From Gemmatimonadales bacterium (lineage in GTDB: Bacteria; Gemmatimonadota; Gemmatimonadetes; Gemmatimonadales; GWC2-71-9): 64,000 nucleotides of DNA. Under the pieces are notes generated by a model. That model had not been told where the DNA came from. It saw only the letters and a program-made list of their open reading frames with translations, and ran no database searches. The translations under genes and the position numbers were made by a program. Shown here one piece after another: positions 62,666 to 64,000 of this stretch. Numbering within the stretch: position 1 is the first letter of the stretch; every line of letters starts with the position of its first letter. Where the stretch lies: NCBI GenBank assembly GCA_035505915.1, contig DATJQI010000054.1, positions 29,854 to 93,853 on the forward strand. Reading direction: 5' to 3'.

Positions 62666-64000
62666 TGCCGCGCTTCCCGCGTTTCCTGACGCTCGTCCTT
62701 CTCGCGGCTCCCGCCGCGGCCCAGACCCCGTCCGACACGTTCCGGCTCGCGCCGATCGTGGTCACCGCCACCGGCGTGCCGACGCCGGCCGACCGGTTGC
62801 CGGTGACCACGACGGTGCTCCGGGGCTCGGACCTCCGGGCCCGCGGGATACGGACGGTGTCCGACGCGTTGCGCCTGGTGCCGGGAGCCGCCGTGGTCGA
62901 GACCAACTCCTTCGGGTCGCAGACATCCGTGTTCCTGCGCGGCGGCGAAAGCGACTACACCAAGGTCCTGATCGACGGCGTCCCGCAGAATGCCCCCGGC
63001 GGCGCATACGACTTCGCCAACCTGTCCACCGACAACATCGACCGGATCGAGATCGTGAGCGGGCCCGTCAGCGTGCTGTACGGGTCCGACGCGGTGAGCG
63101 GAGTGGTGCAGATCTTCACCCGGAACGGCGCGGGCCCGTTGCGCGGCTCGGTGGCGGCACACGCCGGGACCTACGGGTCCGCGGACCTCTCCCTCGCCGC
63201 CGCCGGGGGCGGGGACCGCGCGTCGTTCTCCCTCGGCGCTTCGCGGTTCTCCTCGGACGGCACCTTGCCGATCAACAACGACTACCGGAATGCGACGCTG
63301 TCCGGGCAGGTCCGGCTCCGTCCCGACGACGCGACCCAGGCCACGCTGTCCCTGCGGTACGGCGACGCGCTGTATCACTTCCCCACGGATTACACGGGGG
63401 CGCCCACCAGCAAGTTCCAGCACCAGCTGGACCGCGGGCCCACGGCCGGGCTCGATCTCGCGCGCACCCTCTCGCCGGGGCTCGAGGTCCACCTCGCCGG
63501 CACCTGGCACCGCGACAACTACCAGTACTCGATCTCCCCGAACGACTCCGCCGATCTCGTGAACTTCCCCTACGCGAGCAGCGATTGGGTGACGCGCCAG
63601 GGGCTCGAAGGGCGGGCCGTCGCGCGGCTGTCCGCGGGGGACGTCCTGACTGCGGGCACGTCGTTCGAGCACGAGATGATGACCGGCACCACGCTGGATG
63701 GAACGCGGATGCGCGACGATGGGGCGGGTTTCGTCGAGATGGTCACCGGACTCGACCGGGCGCTGAGCTTCACCGTGGGCGCCCGGCTGGAGGACAACCA
63801 GCGCTTCGGGGCCTACGGGACCTATCGAGGCGGGGCGTCCTGGGCCGCGGGTCCGAATACCCGTCTCCACGTCTCCGCCGGCACCGGCTTCAAGGAGCCG
63901 AGTCTCTTCCAGAACTATGCGACCGGGTTCACGGTCGGCAATCGGAACCTGAGCCCCGAGCGTTCCCTGGCCTGGGAGGCGGGAGTCGACCGGGTGCTGG
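62664..64000 (+). CDS. btuB: TonB-dependent receptor, BtuB-like, 3' end outside the window
   Basis: Translated by hand because it is absent from the ORF track (no stop in the window). Signal peptide MPRFPRFLTLVLLAAPAAAQ and TonB box-like LAPIVVTAT. The plug domain SVFLRGGES...LIDGVPQN...IDRIEIVSGPVSVLYGSDAVSGVVQIFT is colinear with E. coli BtuB. Confidence 0.75.

Noticed and set aside
62664-62700. CGCTTCCCGCGTTTCC at the start of the TonB-dependent receptor gene, considered as another heptamer-family copy (peptide PRFPRF)
   Set aside because: It has only about two degenerate units and lies within a signal-peptide n-region, so it is too short to distinguish from chance.

Overview
This is a very GC-rich (not computed), tightly packed stretch of a diderm bacterial chromosome. 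The gene content and style look Gemmatimonadota-like, but that is inference only. Almost everything is core housekeeping.

Gene order:
- A TPR protein, an MA-type peptidase, tRNA-Val and tRNA-Asp.
- A complete dcw cell-division and wall cluster: rsmH-ftsL-ftsI-murE-murF-mraY-murD-ftsW-murG-murC-ftsQ-ftsA-ftsZ. It has no mraZ, ddl or murB.
- An M23 peptidase, an orphan HisA-like gene, a vWA membrane protein, ftsY and recG.
- A minus-strand PQQ-propeller (BamB-like) pair, then asnS, mazG (minus strand) and alr-deoB-cdd.
- A lipoprotein plus outer-membrane protein pair, miaB, comFB-comEC, fbp, an acyl-CoA mutase catalytic subunit, fmdB-argS, a PfkB kinase and purM.
- ribD-ribE-ribBA-ribH-nusB and a GT4 glycosyltransferase.
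- hprK with a full mannose-family PTS (IIA-IIB-IIC-IID), then ptsH and ptsI.
- metK-ahcY and a bifunctional nuclease.
- A cobalamin riboswitch driving a btuF/C/D-like ABC importer and a TonB-dependent receptor that runs off the window end.

I found no mobile elements, CRISPR arrays, defence genes or rRNA, and I cannot point to a discrete new multi-gene system.

The most unusual signals are sequence-level:
1. A dispersed GGGAAGC heptamer mini-array with a canonical G-quadruplex pattern. It is stop-free in all six frames and sits inside three unrelated ORFs, where it gives the shared peptide REAG(S/N)GKR.
2. A recurring consensus promoter (TTGnnn, 16-17 nt spacer, TAnnAT) placed 8-12 nt upstream of start codons that lack a Shine-Dalgarno sequence. 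This implies leaderless mRNAs.

Many long ORFs in the supplied track are antisense or out-of-frame artefacts of the high GC content and were rejected.
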